Virus record (IMG/VR): IMGVR_UViG_3300037507_003964 | Source: an uncultured virus (IMG/VR IMGVR_UViG_3300037507_003964) | Lineage: Duplodnaviria > Heunggongvirae > Uroviricota > Caudoviricetes | Direction: 5' to 3' (one strand) | DNA length: 55,863 bases | In this document: positions 24,016-34,331 of the stretch, one piece after another | How the letters are laid out: the number at the start of each line of letters is the position of its first letter | Numbering within the stretch: position 1 is the first letter of the stretch | Notes under the pieces: generated by a model | Databases searched by the model: none | Told to the model about the DNA's origin: nothing | Seen by the model: only the letters and a program-made list of their open reading frames with translations | Position numbers and translations under genes: made by a program

Positions 24016-24800
24016 TTGTATTGTTCCAATTCAATGTGCAAAGGATTTAGAGGTAACCCAATAGATGAGAGTCTTTCTGATGACCCAATATAATCTTTGC
24101 CTCGAGAAAACGAAAGTGGTCTAGTATGTCCAGTGACTCCACTCAAAAGTTTGAGCTGTTCTGATATAAGCATTTTTTTTGTGGGAACACAATTTATATC
24201 TTTATGTGTAGGATAGTTGATCACGTACTCTCTCATAATAATAATGAAGTCTTTTACAGAGATGTTGTCGAAGTATTTATCCTCGATAACAAACTCATGT
24301 GTGCCTGACATAAACTTAGAGAACAATCTAAAGTCAGGTTCACCTTCTCCAAAGCAACCGAAAAGTCTAAGAGTATAAAAGTTAGGTTCATGTAGACACA
24401 GTCTTGATATGAGATTTTTTGACAACCCGTAAGATGTTTTAGGTACACTATCTAGTATGTCATACTCGTGACAAATTCCCTCTTTTTCAAACTCTGCGCC
24501 AGAACCAATGTTAATGTAGCGATCAAAGAGGTGTTTGCATCGTCTAAAGTTATCAAACACGATTAAGTTTTCAGATACGATATCAATCGTATTATCATTT
24601 ACCCTTGACTTTCCTCCCGCTGAATAGGCATTGATGATAACATCAGGATTCACACCCAAAAGGAAGGCGCGCACCTCTTGATGATTTAGTAGGTTTACAT
24701 CCCCTCGATATACTGGAAAGACCCTGTGTCCGATTTCAAAAAACGTCTTTAGCGCAGATCCTATGAATCCTCCAGCACCTATGATAACTATCTTCTTCAT
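24003..24800 (-). CDS. NAD-dependent sugar epimerase/reductase (extended SDR)
   Basis: GAGGFIG, GSGAE, YGLSK, LRLFG. Confidence 0.85.
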   Translation of the reverse strand: MKKIVIIGAGGFIGSALKTFFEIGHRVFPVYRGDVNLLNHQEVRAFLLGVNPDVIINAYSAGGKSRVNDNTIDIVSENLIVFDNFRRCKHLFDRYINIGSGAEFEKEGICHEYDILDSVPKTSYGLSKNLISRLCLHEPNFYTLRLFGCFGEGEPDFRLFSKFMSGTHEFVIEDKYFDNISVKDFIIIMREYVINYPTHKDINCVPTKKMLISEQLKLLSGVTGHTRPLSFSRGKDYIGSSERLSSIGLPLNPLHIELEQYKCLK

Positions 24801-26533
24801 ACTTCATCTTCAATAAAAGGAAACATTGTTTCTAGTGATCCACTAACAATTTTGCCTGAAGGATCGCGCTTACTTTGAACTCGAGGAATGAGGAGTTGGT
24901 TTCTTACCATATTAACTTCAATCAAAACAGGTCCGTCGATATCCAGCAAGTGGTGTAGTTTTTCTTTAACCTGGGTCATATCACTTAAATGATATGCGGG
25001 AATACCATAAGCATTTGCCAGAGCAATAAAGTTAGGGTTGCTAACACCCGAATCAGAATCAGCTCCAAATCGATTCTTATTAAAAAGATTGTCTTGCATT
25101 AGTGATATAGCCAACATACCATCATTATTCAACAGAATAATTTTGATAGGAAGGTTATGGTGTGCTATAGTTTGAAGTTCCTGGATATTCATCTGTATAC
25201 CACCATCACCTACGATGCAAATGGTACGATGCGATCTTTTACCTATCTGAGCTCCTATGGATCCTGGCAACCCGAATCCCATTGAACATAATGCACTGCT
25301 TGTAAAAAGTCTATTAGATCCGTTACTTCGAAGAGACTGCATGGTACATGTAAAACTTGTTCCCATATCAGTAACCAGTATATCATTTTGATGTAAACAT
25401 TGTCCTAGTTCTTGCATAAGGTCAAAGCTATTTACATGATCCTTGTCCCGGGTGTGAGGTTCATTATAAACACTATACTTCATCTTCCAGCTGTATAGCT
25501 TATCACACCAATCATTACAATCGACTTTGCCAAACTCAAGTTGGGGGATGACTTCTTTCAAATCTCCGCTTATCTTATGGTCGATTGATACGGTTGATTT
25601 TTCCATCTCGCTATCATCTATATCAACCATTATCTTAACTGAGTTGGGAGAAAAGTTTTTAGTGTTGTAACCAATACAAGGAATACTCAATCTAGTCCCT
25701 AGAATGATAAGAAGATCAGATTGCTGTACAGCAAAGTTTGCTGCTCGTTCACCCAAAAGCCCAAAGTTACCTATGTAAAGGCTATCGTAGTAATTGAATA
25801 GGTCGGTTGCATTCCATGTACAAATTACAGGAATGGAGAGATTGATTACTAAATTGTGAAATTCTCTTTCTGCATTTGCCAGATGAATTCCATTTCCCGC
25901 AACAATCAAAGGTCGCTTTGCGTTCTTGATTATGTCTCGCAAACTTGAATCAATATTCGTCTTGGTGGGGTTGGTAGGCTCTTTGAACACGAAACTATCA
26001 AGATTAACCATCTCTGCTTGCAGATCAATAGGAACATCTAACCAAACAGGACCCATTCTTTTTTCAGTTGCTCTTTTCCAAGCGTAGTCTAAAGTATCGC
26101 GTAAGGCGAAAGGATCTGACAATTGTTCAGCGTAGTTAGTGCAATGTGACACCATTGAGATTATATCACATTCTTGAACACCAACTTGTCGTAAAAGCAC
26201 GGGTTGAAATCCAAGGGTTTGATTTCTTGGAACTTGTCCGCTTATGACAATCATAGGTATACTGTCTTGCCAAGCACCCAAAACACCCGTTAGTGTGTTT
26301 GTTGAACCGGGACCATTTGTAACCATGACCAAAGCAGGTTTTTTGGCAACCCTTGCATATCCTTCAGCTGCCATAGCACATGCTTGTTCATTATAGTTAT
26401 GGTATACCTTAATATTACTTGTCCTCAAACTCTCCATAAGGTGTGCTGCAGCGCCACCTGCAATACAAAAACAAGTATCTATGCCCCTTGCTTCTAGATA
26501 CTTGATGATATAGTCACTTACCTTTATCTGCAT
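24797..26533 (-). CDS. ThDP-dependent enzyme (acetolactate-synthase fold, YerE-like)
   Basis: EQACAMAAEGY, GPGSTN, MGFGLP, GDGG...NN ThDP motif; sugar-cluster context. Confidence 0.88.
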   Translation of the reverse strand: MQIKVSDYIIKYLEARGIDTCFCIAGGAAAHLMESLRTSNIKVYHNYNEQACAMAAEGYARVAKKPALVMVTNGPGSTNTLTGVLGAWQDSIPMIVISGQVPRNQTLGFQPVLLRQVGVQECDIISMVSHCTNYAEQLSDPFALRDTLDYAWKRATEKRMGPVWLDVPIDLQAEMVNLDSFVFKEPTNPTKTNIDSSLRDIIKNAKRPLIVAGNGIHLANAEREFHNLVINLSIPVICTWNATDLFNYYDSLYIGNFGLLGERAANFAVQQSDLLIILGTRLSIPCIGYNTKNFSPNSVKIMVDIDDSEMEKSTVSIDHKISGDLKEVIPQLEFGKVDCNDWCDKLYSWKMKYSVYNEPHTRDKDHVNSFDLMQELGQCLHQNDILVTDMGTSFTCTMQSLRSNGSNRLFTSSALCSMGFGLPGSIGAQIGKRSHRTICIVGDGGIQMNIQELQTIAHHNLPIKIILLNNDGMLAISLMQDNLFNKNRFGADSDSGVSNPNFIALANAYGIPAYHLSDMTQVKEKLHHLLDIDGPVLIEVNMVRNQLLIPRVQSKRDPSGKIVSGSLETMFPFIEDEV

Positions 26534-26918
26534 AGTTGTCTTTTAGATATTGTAAAGTTTGATTCCAAGTTTCGAATCGGTATCCGTTATCATCAATATA
26601 AAGAAAACTTCTAGGTTTCTCGCTAGTAACTTCAATAACACAATCTGCTATACCATACTTTTTCAACCATTCCCATACAAGTTCTTTACCTGTCTTTCCA
26701 TTCACTAAAGGCCTATCAGGTTTTGCTTTTGCCGTGAAGATTACGATACTATACTTTTTGCTTAACTCTCTTACCGCCGAGAGACTACCTTCAATGGGAA
26801 GCCCATAACAAGTCCCATCGTTAAACCCTAAGTTGTCGTTATGTATGACACCATCAAAATCAATACTTAGATTGTTAAGCTGTGCTTCAAACCCAGGAGG
26901 AAAACTGTTACTTTTCAT
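26514..26918 (-). CDS. HAD-superfamily phosphatase-like protein
   Basis: IDFDGVI, IFTA, KP...YIDD. Confidence 0.75.
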   Translation of the reverse strand: MKSNSFPPGFEAQLNNLSIDFDGVIHNDNLGFNDGTCYGLPIEGSLSAVRELSKKYSIVIFTAKAKPDRPLVNGKTGKELVWEWLKKYGIADCVIEVTSEKPRSFLYIDDNGYRFETWNQTLQYLKDNYADKGK

Positions 26919-27565
26919 TTAATCACCAGTATAGTTGTGAAAGGAGAAACGCCGTCCATTTGTTGCATAACCTTCTTCACTACATGCATGTATCCCACAT
27001 CCCCTGCTTGAATAGCTTCATGTATCCTGCCGTTGATAGACTTTATAACTCCCCCATTTAGAAACATAATAATATCATTGTCATGATGCTTTGAAAGATC
27101 GAAATCTTCAATAAACCCAGACAACAATGAGCAAGTACCTAATTGGTATTCATTAATAACACCTTTAACTGTTTCTATCTGCAAAGTTGTATAATCTTCC
27201 TGAGCAGAATGATTTTCATATCCCCTGTTTGTTCTTCCGTAGTTATCAGACAATCTGACAAGATCATCTTGATCTATCGGAGTTTCAACCTCCAACATGA
27301 TAACACCCTCTTCGCCAACTGCAATGGTTTGGTGAAAAAGACCACGCCTAATCATTTTCTTCGAAGGTGCAGTCAACACACTTTGGTCAGCAATGAAGTT
27401 TATAATTGCTTGACCTTGTACAAGAACAAGGCCTGTGGTTTTATTAGGATGACAATGCAAACTGGTTCTTTCATTTGCATCAATATGTAAAACCTTTACG
27501 GCTACCTTTTGAGTTTGAAACGCAATATACTCATACCCCCAAGGTTTGTTTACAATCTTAGGCAT
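26915..27565 (-). CDS. cupin (mannose-6-phosphate-isomerase-like)
   Basis: KPWGYE, TSLHCHPNK, LEVETP...DLVRLSDNYGR. Confidence 0.75.
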   Translation of the reverse strand: MPKIVNKPWGYEYIAFQTQKVAVKVLHIDANERTSLHCHPNKTTGLVLVQGQAIINFIADQSVLTAPSKKMIRRGLFHQTIAVGEEGVIMLEVETPIDQDDLVRLSDNYGRTNRGYENHSAQEDYTTLQIETVKGVINEYQLGTCSLLSGFIEDFDLSKHHDNDIIMFLNGGVIKSINGRIHEAIQAGDVGYMHVVKKVMQQMDGVSPFTTILVIK

Positions 27566-28112
27566 ATTTTTTGTAATACTCTTGCAATGTGGTTTCCATC
27601 CAAACTCCCATATGATCGTAGTGGGGGCTAGAGATAACATTCGCGTCTACAACTACCGGGCCTCTCGTGTAAGTAGCCCCTGCATTTGTGATATCATCTT
27701 CAATGCTGTAGTAACCAGAAATTTTCTTCCCTTTAACTACACGGGCACTAATTAGCAACTGAGCCCCGTGACAAGTGCTTGAAATGATTTTATTTTGTGC
27801 ATTCCAACTTGAAATGAAAGCAATAACCTTTGGAATAAGTCTTAACTTTTCAAGTGACTTGACGCCCCCCGGAATAACCAATAGATCATAAGCATCAAGG
27901 TGGTGATCAAAATTTTTGCAGAAATCATCAATCAACATAGTACAAGGCATATTGACGCCAAGGATACCGTATATGCGACCATTGCTATCTCTTTTATCAG
28001 CAACTACATCAACACTAAACTCATCTCCTAACAGTCGATAGTAGGGGTAAACTAGTTCGTGATCTTGGAACCCGCTATGGGTAATTATAAGGGCTTTCTT
28101 TTTCATAATCAT
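27558..28112 (-). CDS. DJ-1/PfpI-family protein
   Basis: FQDHE, YDLLVIPGG, CHGAQLL. Confidence 0.88.
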   Translation of the reverse strand: MIMKKKALIITHSGFQDHELVYPYYRLLGDEFSVDVVADKRDSNGRIYGILGVNMPCTMLIDDFCKNFDHHLDAYDLLVIPGGVKSLEKLRLIPKVIAFISSWNAQNKIISSTCHGAQLLISARVVKGKKISGYYSIEDDITNAGATYTRGPVVVDANVISSPHYDHMGVWMETTLQEYYKKYA

Positions 28113-28114
28113 CC

Positions 28115-29431
28115 TTAAAAAATGCTTAGAAATGTGTCAACCTTTTCTCCGATGTATGCAATCTGTTGCTCGGAGATGACAGGACTAGTTCCATGAAAGA
28201 AGGTATCTTTCATAACCTTTGTTGCAACAGGAAAGTTGTTTCTTGCATCTTCAGGCCTCATTAGATGGGTATATGCAGGTTGCAGCATTAGATTGCCTGC
28301 AAAGTAAGGCCTTGTTTGAATCAAATTATCCTCGAGGTGTGATACAATGTCAATACGCTTAAAGGGTGCATTATCCTTTATGGTCAGCGGGAAAGCAAAC
28401 CAAGACGGGTCAGATTTGTCTCGAGGCCTCGGCAGGTGGAAGAATTCTTCATACTTCGAGTAGATATCAAACAGAAGTTTGTAATTCCTTCGTCTAAGAG
28501 CATGAATAGTGTCTAGCTTTTCAAGTTGAACGAGTCCCATCGCTCCCTGCATTTCAATCGGTTTGAGGTTATACCCGATTTCATCATAAACATACTTATG
28601 ATCAAAAATTTCTCCTGGCATACAAGGCACCCATTCAGAAAACCTTTTGCCGCAGGTACCACATTGCAGTTTGTTTGCTTCTGGGCCCACACAATAGCAC
28701 CCACGACCCCATTCTCGAAAGGATCGAAGAATAACTTCCTGGTCATATGTTCGAGATGCAACAAATCCCCCTTCTCCCATTGTCATATGATGAGCAGGAT
28801 AGAAGCTACAAGACGCCATTTCGCCAAAACTACCTAGTGGTTTGCTATCGTATGTAGACCCCAAAGCATCACAGCAATCTTCTAGTAGAACAAGATTATA
28901 CTTCCTTACCAAAGACATGATATCGTCCATGTTGGGGGGATTGCCTAACACATGAGCGAATGTTAATACTTTGATATCGTGCTTCTTGATTAGATCCTCT
29001 GCCTTGGTGATATCAATGTTTAGGGTTTCAATCTCGATATCTACAAAGATAGGATTAAATCCCACTTGTAGAATAGGATTTAATGTAGTTGGGAATCCTG
29101 CAATAGGGACTAGGACATTTGTTCCTTTCGGAAAATTATAACCTCGTTTTGACGCAAGTGATGCCATCATCAAAAGATTAGAACTAGAGCCCGAGTTCGT
29201 AAGAATGCCATGTTCCTTTCCAAACTGTTTTGGAAATAGCTTTTCAAATTTGAGGCATTTATCCCCCATCACTAACCATCCGCTAAGCAGAGTGTCCATG
29301 ACGGACATGTATTCATTCTCATCTACGAAAGGGCCTGCGTAGTTTACAAAGTCCTTTCCTGCGACCCATGTCTTATTAGATTGTTTTTCTTTAAAGTACT
29401 GCCCAACCAGATCAATAATCTGTTGTTTCAT
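28115..29431 (-). CDS. rfbH: NDP-4-keto-6-deoxyglucose 3-dehydratase (RfbH/DdhC, E1-like)
   Basis: NSGSSSN, EDCCDA, SFYPAHHMTMGEGG (His at the aminotransferase Lys position), WGRGCYC...CGTC, DHKY. Confidence 0.9.
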   Translation of the reverse strand: MKQQIIDLVGQYFKEKQSNKTWVAGKDFVNYAGPFVDENEYMSVMDTLLSGWLVMGDKCLKFEKLFPKQFGKEHGILTNSGSSSNLLMMASLASKRGYNFPKGTNVLVPIAGFPTTLNPILQVGFNPIFVDIEIETLNIDITKAEDLIKKHDIKVLTFAHVLGNPPNMDDIMSLVRKYNLVLLEDCCDALGSTYDSKPLGSFGEMASCSFYPAHHMTMGEGGFVASRTYDQEVILRSFREWGRGCYCVGPEANKLQCGTCGKRFSEWVPCMPGEIFDHKYVYDEIGYNLKPIEMQGAMGLVQLEKLDTIHALRRRNYKLLFDIYSKYEEFFHLPRPRDKSDPSWFAFPLTIKDNAPFKRIDIVSHLEDNLIQTRPYFAGNLMLQPAYTHLMRPEDARNNFPVATKVMKDTFFHGTSPVISEQQIAYIGEKVDTFLSIF

Positions 29432-29432
29432 T

Positions 29433-30359
29433 TCATCCCCAATATGCAAAATTGCTTTCAATTCCCTGTAATTTATTTTGGGGTTCATCTATTTTGAGGG
29501 GGTATATCCAATGTTCATTGAACATCTTGTGCCAGTCAGAATATGCAGGCACCTTTGCCCATCGACCACCCTTCAACCCAAAGTATAATTGTATCACACC
29601 TCCAGTTTGAATGCCAATCTTACCCATTGACTTTGCCTTTTGAACGAAAATGGGAGAAGAGGTTGTACTTCCCGAAAGCAATACGTCAAAGTCATATGAT
29701 TCGATGAGTTTGCAAATATAGTTAACAGAATCTTCCCAAGTTTCACAATTAGGATACTGGCGACTATCAACCTCAGGATGGTAGGGGGCGCGTATCACAT
29801 CCACTAAATCAAATGGTACAATCAATTCTAATCTATCTCCCCAAACTTTATGTCTATGTTCCCATTGATGTTTAATGCTTTCTGCATGAGTTGAGATTAC
29901 CAAAACTCTTTTGTTTTTTAGATGCCTTGTCCAGGGATCAATGTACTCGCTATGCTCTAAATTTTCTAAATAAAGTTTTGAATATCCTAAAATTGCTCCT
30001 GGATCAAAAACCATAAACCCATCTTTGAAAAAGGTTACTTTATCCTTGAGGTATTGTAGAAGAGGTGAGTCTTTTTTAATGTCTCCTGAGATATCTACAA
30101 ACCCAACACAATCTGAGTTTATCATAGATTCAAAGGTTTTTTTGTATGCAACATTGATAGCATACTCAGGTGTGTTTGGAAATATGCCTCCCTCCAAGAT
30201 AGTTCTCGGATTAAAAAATTCACCAACTATTGACCTTTTCCTGAGAACACTATCAATGATATATCCTGCAGTGTTATCTATTCTTAAGATAGATGTAGGT
30301 TGACCTTTCTGTAAAACCTGTGAAAGGTAGTCATTCAGCTCATAAAAGTTTTTATGCAT
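29433..30359 (-). CDS. glycan-cluster hypothetical protein (possible glycosyltransferase)
   Basis: PWTRHLKNKRVLVIS...GKIGIQTGG..QLYFG; operon context. Confidence 0.6.
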   Translation of the reverse strand: MHKNFYELNDYLSQVLQKGQPTSILRIDNTAGYIIDSVLRKRSIVGEFFNPRTILEGGIFPNTPEYAINVAYKKTFESMINSDCVGFVDISGDIKKDSPLLQYLKDKVTFFKDGFMVFDPGAILGYSKLYLENLEHSEYIDPWTRHLKNKRVLVISTHAESIKHQWEHRHKVWGDRLELIVPFDLVDVIRAPYHPEVDSRQYPNCETWEDSVNYICKLIESYDFDVLLSGSTTSSPIFVQKAKSMGKIGIQTGGVIQLYFGLKGGRWAKVPAYSDWHKMFNEHWIYPLKIDEPQNKLQGIESNFAYWG

Positions 30360-31062
30360 TTTGTAATAGTTGTAAAATTTGTTGACGATCACCTTTGATC
30401 CAATTGAACAACACCTTTAGTTCATTGGGAAGAACACTGAAAAGCTGATGCATCTCAACTTCAGCTTGGTTCTTATTATAGTTGGTTCCTGGAGGATGAT
30501 CAATGGTGTGGTGGTAATCTCTGATAACTAATCTTCGCATCAGAAAACTTATTCCTGGAAGGATGATATCCCACCCCCATCCCATCTTATAAGGAGACAT
30601 GTCAATCTTTAGTTGCTTAAAAACATCAATGATATCTTTATGTATAAACCAGCAAGTGCAATCAGGACACGCTACAACCTTCATTGTCTTGTCTCTGAGC
30701 TGAACCCCTTCAATGTCTGTTCGTTCTCTTGTGTACCAAGTGTAGTCAACATTGGGAGCATAGATTCCCCACTTATAGGTCTCAAAGGAGTCCTTTGCAT
30801 CTTTGATCAGGTGATTCCAATCATTGTATGATGCATCTCCTTGAATGTGAAACATTACATCACCATCGAACAACTCGAGTGCTTTCATAAACTGATCGGT
30901 GAAGTAAGCTGACTCACCTATGTTAACCCAATGAACTTGATTGTGTTCTTCATCCGAGTTGATGACTATAACACGATAACCAAGCGATGAAAGAGCCTTC
31001 TCTTTCTCAATTGTCTTATCGAACTGATTACGCCAGTTAAATATGAATACTTGAATGTCCAT
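30352..31062 (-). CDS. glycan-cluster hypothetical protein (GT-A-like)
   Basis: FHIQGD, GWGWD; operon context. Confidence 0.55.
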   Translation of the reverse strand: MDIQVFIFNWRNQFDKTIEKEKALSSLGYRVIVINSDEEHNQVHWVNIGESAYFTDQFMKALELFDGDVMFHIQGDASYNDWNHLIKDAKDSFETYKWGIYAPNVDYTWYTRERTDIEGVQLRDKTMKVVACPDCTCWFIHKDIIDVFKQLKIDMSPYKMGWGWDIILPGISFLMRRLVIRDYHHTIDHPPGTNYNKNQAEVEMHQLFSVLPNELKVLFNWIKGDRQQILQLLQNA

Positions 31063-31933
31063 CACGCTTCCCAATTCTACGGTTAATGACAGCATCAAAC
31101 CAGTTCATCATATTGTCAATAGCAAGGTATGATGGTGGAATATTAAACTTGAACTTAGATTGCTTCACCACAAAGTTGTAGAGGTCATCATTTACGTCTA
31201 CTGTTTTAATTACCTCAATTGCTTCATCGAATGACTTGAACCGATTCACATCTATCATTGCTTGCTCATTGAAGTCAATGCTAACAGTAGGACTACCCCA
31301 GTAGATGGGAATAGTTCCTGCATAGAACGCATGAAGAATCTTCTCTGTTACATATCCTGGATGAGACATGCTCTCGAAGCAGATGTTGAACTTTCTAGAG
31401 GACAGGAACTCAATCTTTGCTGCTTCCCCCTGCAAAAGACCTCCTATGTTGTTCAGATGCCTGCCGCCACTATCAACTCTTTTGTATTGTGATAGGAGTT
31501 CATAGAATTTGTTTCGCGGGGCACTGTTGGGGTTGCTAACAACAAATGAACAGAACTCTGCCTTGGGTTTAATCACAGGATCAAAGATGTAGTTAAAATG
31601 GTATGAAGTCTTGTGAATGTGCTCTAGTGCCCACATATAGATCACAAACAGCGGCAAGCGATAGTGCCAGGAGTTGAAGTTGTGGTCAAATGAGATTGCA
31701 TAGTCACAATCGTAATCTTCAGGGCGCTGATTCTCTCCTGTATAGAAAATCTTGGTCACATCTTTTCGTGAATAGTTTAGATTGTTCTGCCCAAAGTTCC
31801 TATCTGCGAAGATTAGGAAGTTGGGATTCTTGTTGTCGACCTCTAACTCATATCGCTGTGCTAGATGTGAAGCAAAGAAGCTAGCAACATGGTTGTCGAT
31901 ATCCGTAAAGGCAATTTTAAGTTTTGATTTCAT
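31037..31933 (-). CDS. GT10 alpha-1,3/4-fucosyltransferase-like
   Basis: FYTGEN, FCSFVVSN, KFNICFE...GYVTEKI..AF.AGTIPIYWG. Confidence 0.9.
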   Translation of the reverse strand: MKSKLKIAFTDIDNHVASFFASHLAQRYELEVDNKNPNFLIFADRNFGQNNLNYSRKDVTKIFYTGENQRPEDYDCDYAISFDHNFNSWHYRLPLFVIYMWALEHIHKTSYHFNYIFDPVIKPKAEFCSFVVSNPNSAPRNKFYELLSQYKRVDSGGRHLNNIGGLLQGEAAKIEFLSSRKFNICFESMSHPGYVTEKILHAFYAGTIPIYWGSPTVSIDFNEQAMIDVNRFKSFDEAIEVIKTVDVNDDLYNFVVKQSKFKFNIPPSYLAIDNMMNWFDAVINRRIGKRDGHSSIHI

Positions 31934-32822
31934 TAATAACCCAATCAATTGTTTCGACAATGCTAGAATGGCTATGATGAATAACATGGCGATATCTCGC
32001 CTTCACATCTACACCATTGCTCATCGTTTCTTTGGGACCTTTACAGAAAGATACGATTACCTTCGATTCATCCTTGAGATTATCGTAAGTTTCACAAAAC
32101 ACAAAAGGACCTGAGTTCTTTCCTATAATTGCGTCACATTTTGTGCTCAAGTAAGAAATCTCATTGAGGTCACAGATGTTCAAAGGTTTGTCAAACCAAT
32201 AAGGTTTATTCCCTGTGAAAAACTCTTGTCTATCATCTATGATATCATCAGTGAACAAAACATTCAATAGCTGAGTGGGAAACTTTTGCGTACAGATAAA
32301 GTCAATATCAGGGTGCTTCCCGGCAAAGGTATTAATGATATCACCCATGTCTGAGTCGAATGATTGATTCGACATTGGTTTCCCATTACAAAAAAGTATA
32401 CGTTTTCTACTAGTGATAAGATACTTGTCAATGTTTGATGTATTGAAGAATGAATAGTCAATTCGTGGGAGATATGACTCAGGATCATCTCGCAACTTCA
32501 ATCCAAACTTATCAAATATCCTTCCCCAACTTTCATACAAGGAGTGCATGTTGACCCCTTGATATTTTTCAAATATATCTCCCCATACACCTATCCAAGT
32601 GTTTACACCCACGTTCTCACCCTCTCCAATAAAAGGCACATTCCTATCTAGGTTGTGGGGGGTATTGACTAATGGAATTTGAAGGTCAAGGTTCACTTTA
32701 GGATGATTAAAATGCCAATACTCAAAATTATCATTGGGCATCAACTGTTTCATGTGCCGAGCAAATTCCTTATGTGTGAATAAATCGCCACGATGAAAAT
32801 GATTGAACAGAACGATTCTCAT
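31917..32822 (-). CDS. GT-B (GT9-like) putative glycosyltransferase
   Basis: HRGD at N-terminus, CDAIIGKNSGP near C-terminus. Confidence 0.55.
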   Translation of the reverse strand: MRIVLFNHFHRGDLFTHKEFARHMKQLMPNDNFEYWHFNHPKVNLDLQIPLVNTPHNLDRNVPFIGEGENVGVNTWIGVWGDIFEKYQGVNMHSLYESWGRIFDKFGLKLRDDPESYLPRIDYSFFNTSNIDKYLITSRKRILFCNGKPMSNQSFDSDMGDIINTFAGKHPDIDFICTQKFPTQLLNVLFTDDIIDDRQEFFTGNKPYWFDKPLNICDLNEISYLSTKCDAIIGKNSGPFVFCETYDNLKDESKVIVSFCKGPKETMSNGVDVKARYRHVIHHSHSSIVETIDWVINEIKT

Positions 32823-33166
32823 TCTACGCCTTTGTACAACTTTACAGAATCTTCTGCTAGCGACTTACTATGAATAATTGCGTCATCAACCATGCGGTTT
32901 ATTGCTTGGACAAACTTCGGTCTTTTCTGCTTGAAGCAGATATCAACCTTTCGCTTAATCTCTGCGAGTTCATCTGCCGTAGCAGCCATCTGTGCTGCAT
33001 CTTCAAGCATCCATGTACGAATGTGAAGAATTACTAGCTTCTCTATCACCTCACCTAGATTATCAGTAGGAATGTACTCTTCGATATCGGGCATCGCACC
33101 TTGTGAGAGAACTTCGTCTACCTTCACCTTTATAATTTGTTCAATCGTTAGCGCTAAATTGTTCAT
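32819..33166 (-). CDS. DUF4254-like helical protein
   Basis: LGEVIEKLVILHIRTWMLED. Confidence 0.55.
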   Translation of the reverse strand: MNNLALTIEQIIKVKVDEVLSQGAMPDIEEYIPTDNLGEVIEKLVILHIRTWMLEDAAQMAATADELAEIKRKVDICFKQKRPKFVQAINRMVDDAIIHSKSLAEDSVKLYKGVE

Positions 33167-34331
33167 TAACTTCCTCCACAATTTCAAAAAGAAAATTCAT
33201 ATCATCGTCAGTTACAAAGTGATTGTTGCCAATATAGACGCCATTTTGATGCACAATTTCAGCGTTCGATTGTCCTTTCTTCGTCTCAAGATTATACTTA
33301 TCTTTTAGGAAAGGTTGTCGCATCAAGTTACCGCTAACCACAGGCCTATACTCTATACCGTTCATTGAGAATAATCGCTTAAGCTCAAGCATGGCAAACA
33401 TGTTTTTACAAATAAAGGGAAAGCAAAAACTACTATTGCCCTCTTCATAATTATGAGGATAGAACAGGTTTGGATAGGGTGAGATTAGATCACAATAACG
33501 CACATAGTTATTACGCCTTTGGTCGATCATATCATCAAGGCGTTTTAGCTGTGAAGAACCCAACACTGCACATATCTCATGGTTACGAAAGTTGTATCCG
33601 TCAGTCACAAACAAAAATGACTTCTCAATGTCTTTGTATTGTTCTGCATATTTATCGAACTGTATTGACTCCCTAGCCATTCCGTGACTTCGCTTCATAC
33701 GCATCAGGTCATAAAGGGCAAGGTTACTTGTGTTGACCATGCCACCTTCAATCGTTGACATATGGTGCCCAAAGTAAAAGCTAAAGGTTGCACCTAATGT
33801 ATCTGTACCTCGCTTAACACCATCAGGGCCAGTGCAACCATGTGACTCACAGATATCTTCTATGATATGGGCGCCAGGGAAGATTTCTTTTAGCTTTTCA
33901 TTCTCACCTGAGAACCCTAGAAGGTGTGTAATAAAGATGAGCTTAATATCTTTATGCTTCCTTGCGATTGCTTTAGCATCCTCAAGATCGAAGCTGAAGT
34001 TTTGTAAGTTAATATCACAGAAGATAGGTCGAAGGCCTAACTGAATGATAGGAGCGACATTAGTCACCCAAGTACATGCAGGCAGCAACACTTTGTCGCC
34101 ATCCTTCAATCCCATCAACTCCTTTACAGCAGCGACAAGGAGAAAGTTGGCAGTACTGCCACTCGATACATAGATGGAGTTAGGACTACCCAACCAGGTT
34201 CCCCACTCACGCTCGAACTGTTTAACCCGTTCACCATTCGTGAACTTAGGTGCAGTCAAAGCAAAGTAAGCCATCTTGAGACGATCACCCATCGTAATCG
34301 TCTCACCCATTAAAGGCCAGCGCATTTTCAT
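33141..34331 (-). CDS. GDP-4-keto-6-deoxymannose 3-dehydratase (ColD-like, DegT fold)
   Basis: SSGSTAN, EDICESHG, FSFYFGHHMSTIEGG with His instead of the catalytic Lys; next to gmd and fcl. Confidence 0.78.
   Translation of the reverse strand: MKMRWPLMGETITMGDRLKMAYFALTAPKFTNGERVKQFEREWGTWLGSPNSIYVSSGSTANFLLVAAVKELMGLKDGDKVLLPACTWVTNVAPIIQLGLRPIFCDINLQNFSFDLEDAKAIARKHKDIKLIFITHLLGFSGENEKLKEIFPGAHIIEDICESHGCTGPDGVKRGTDTLGATFSFYFGHHMSTIEGGMVNTSNLALYDLMRMKRSHGMARESIQFDKYAEQYKDIEKSFLFVTDGYNFRNHEICAVLGSSQLKRLDDMIDQRRNNYVRYCDLISPYPNLFYPHNYEEGNSSFCFPFICKNMFAMLELKRLFSMNGIEYRPVVSGNLMRQPFLKDKYNLETKKGQSNAEIVHQNGVYIGNNHFVTDDDMNFLFEIVEEVNEQFSAND

Noticed and set aside
24797..26533. Acetolactate synthase as an amino-acid auxiliary gene
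   Set aside because: No regulatory subunit or other ilv genes; sits among NDP-sugar enzymes.
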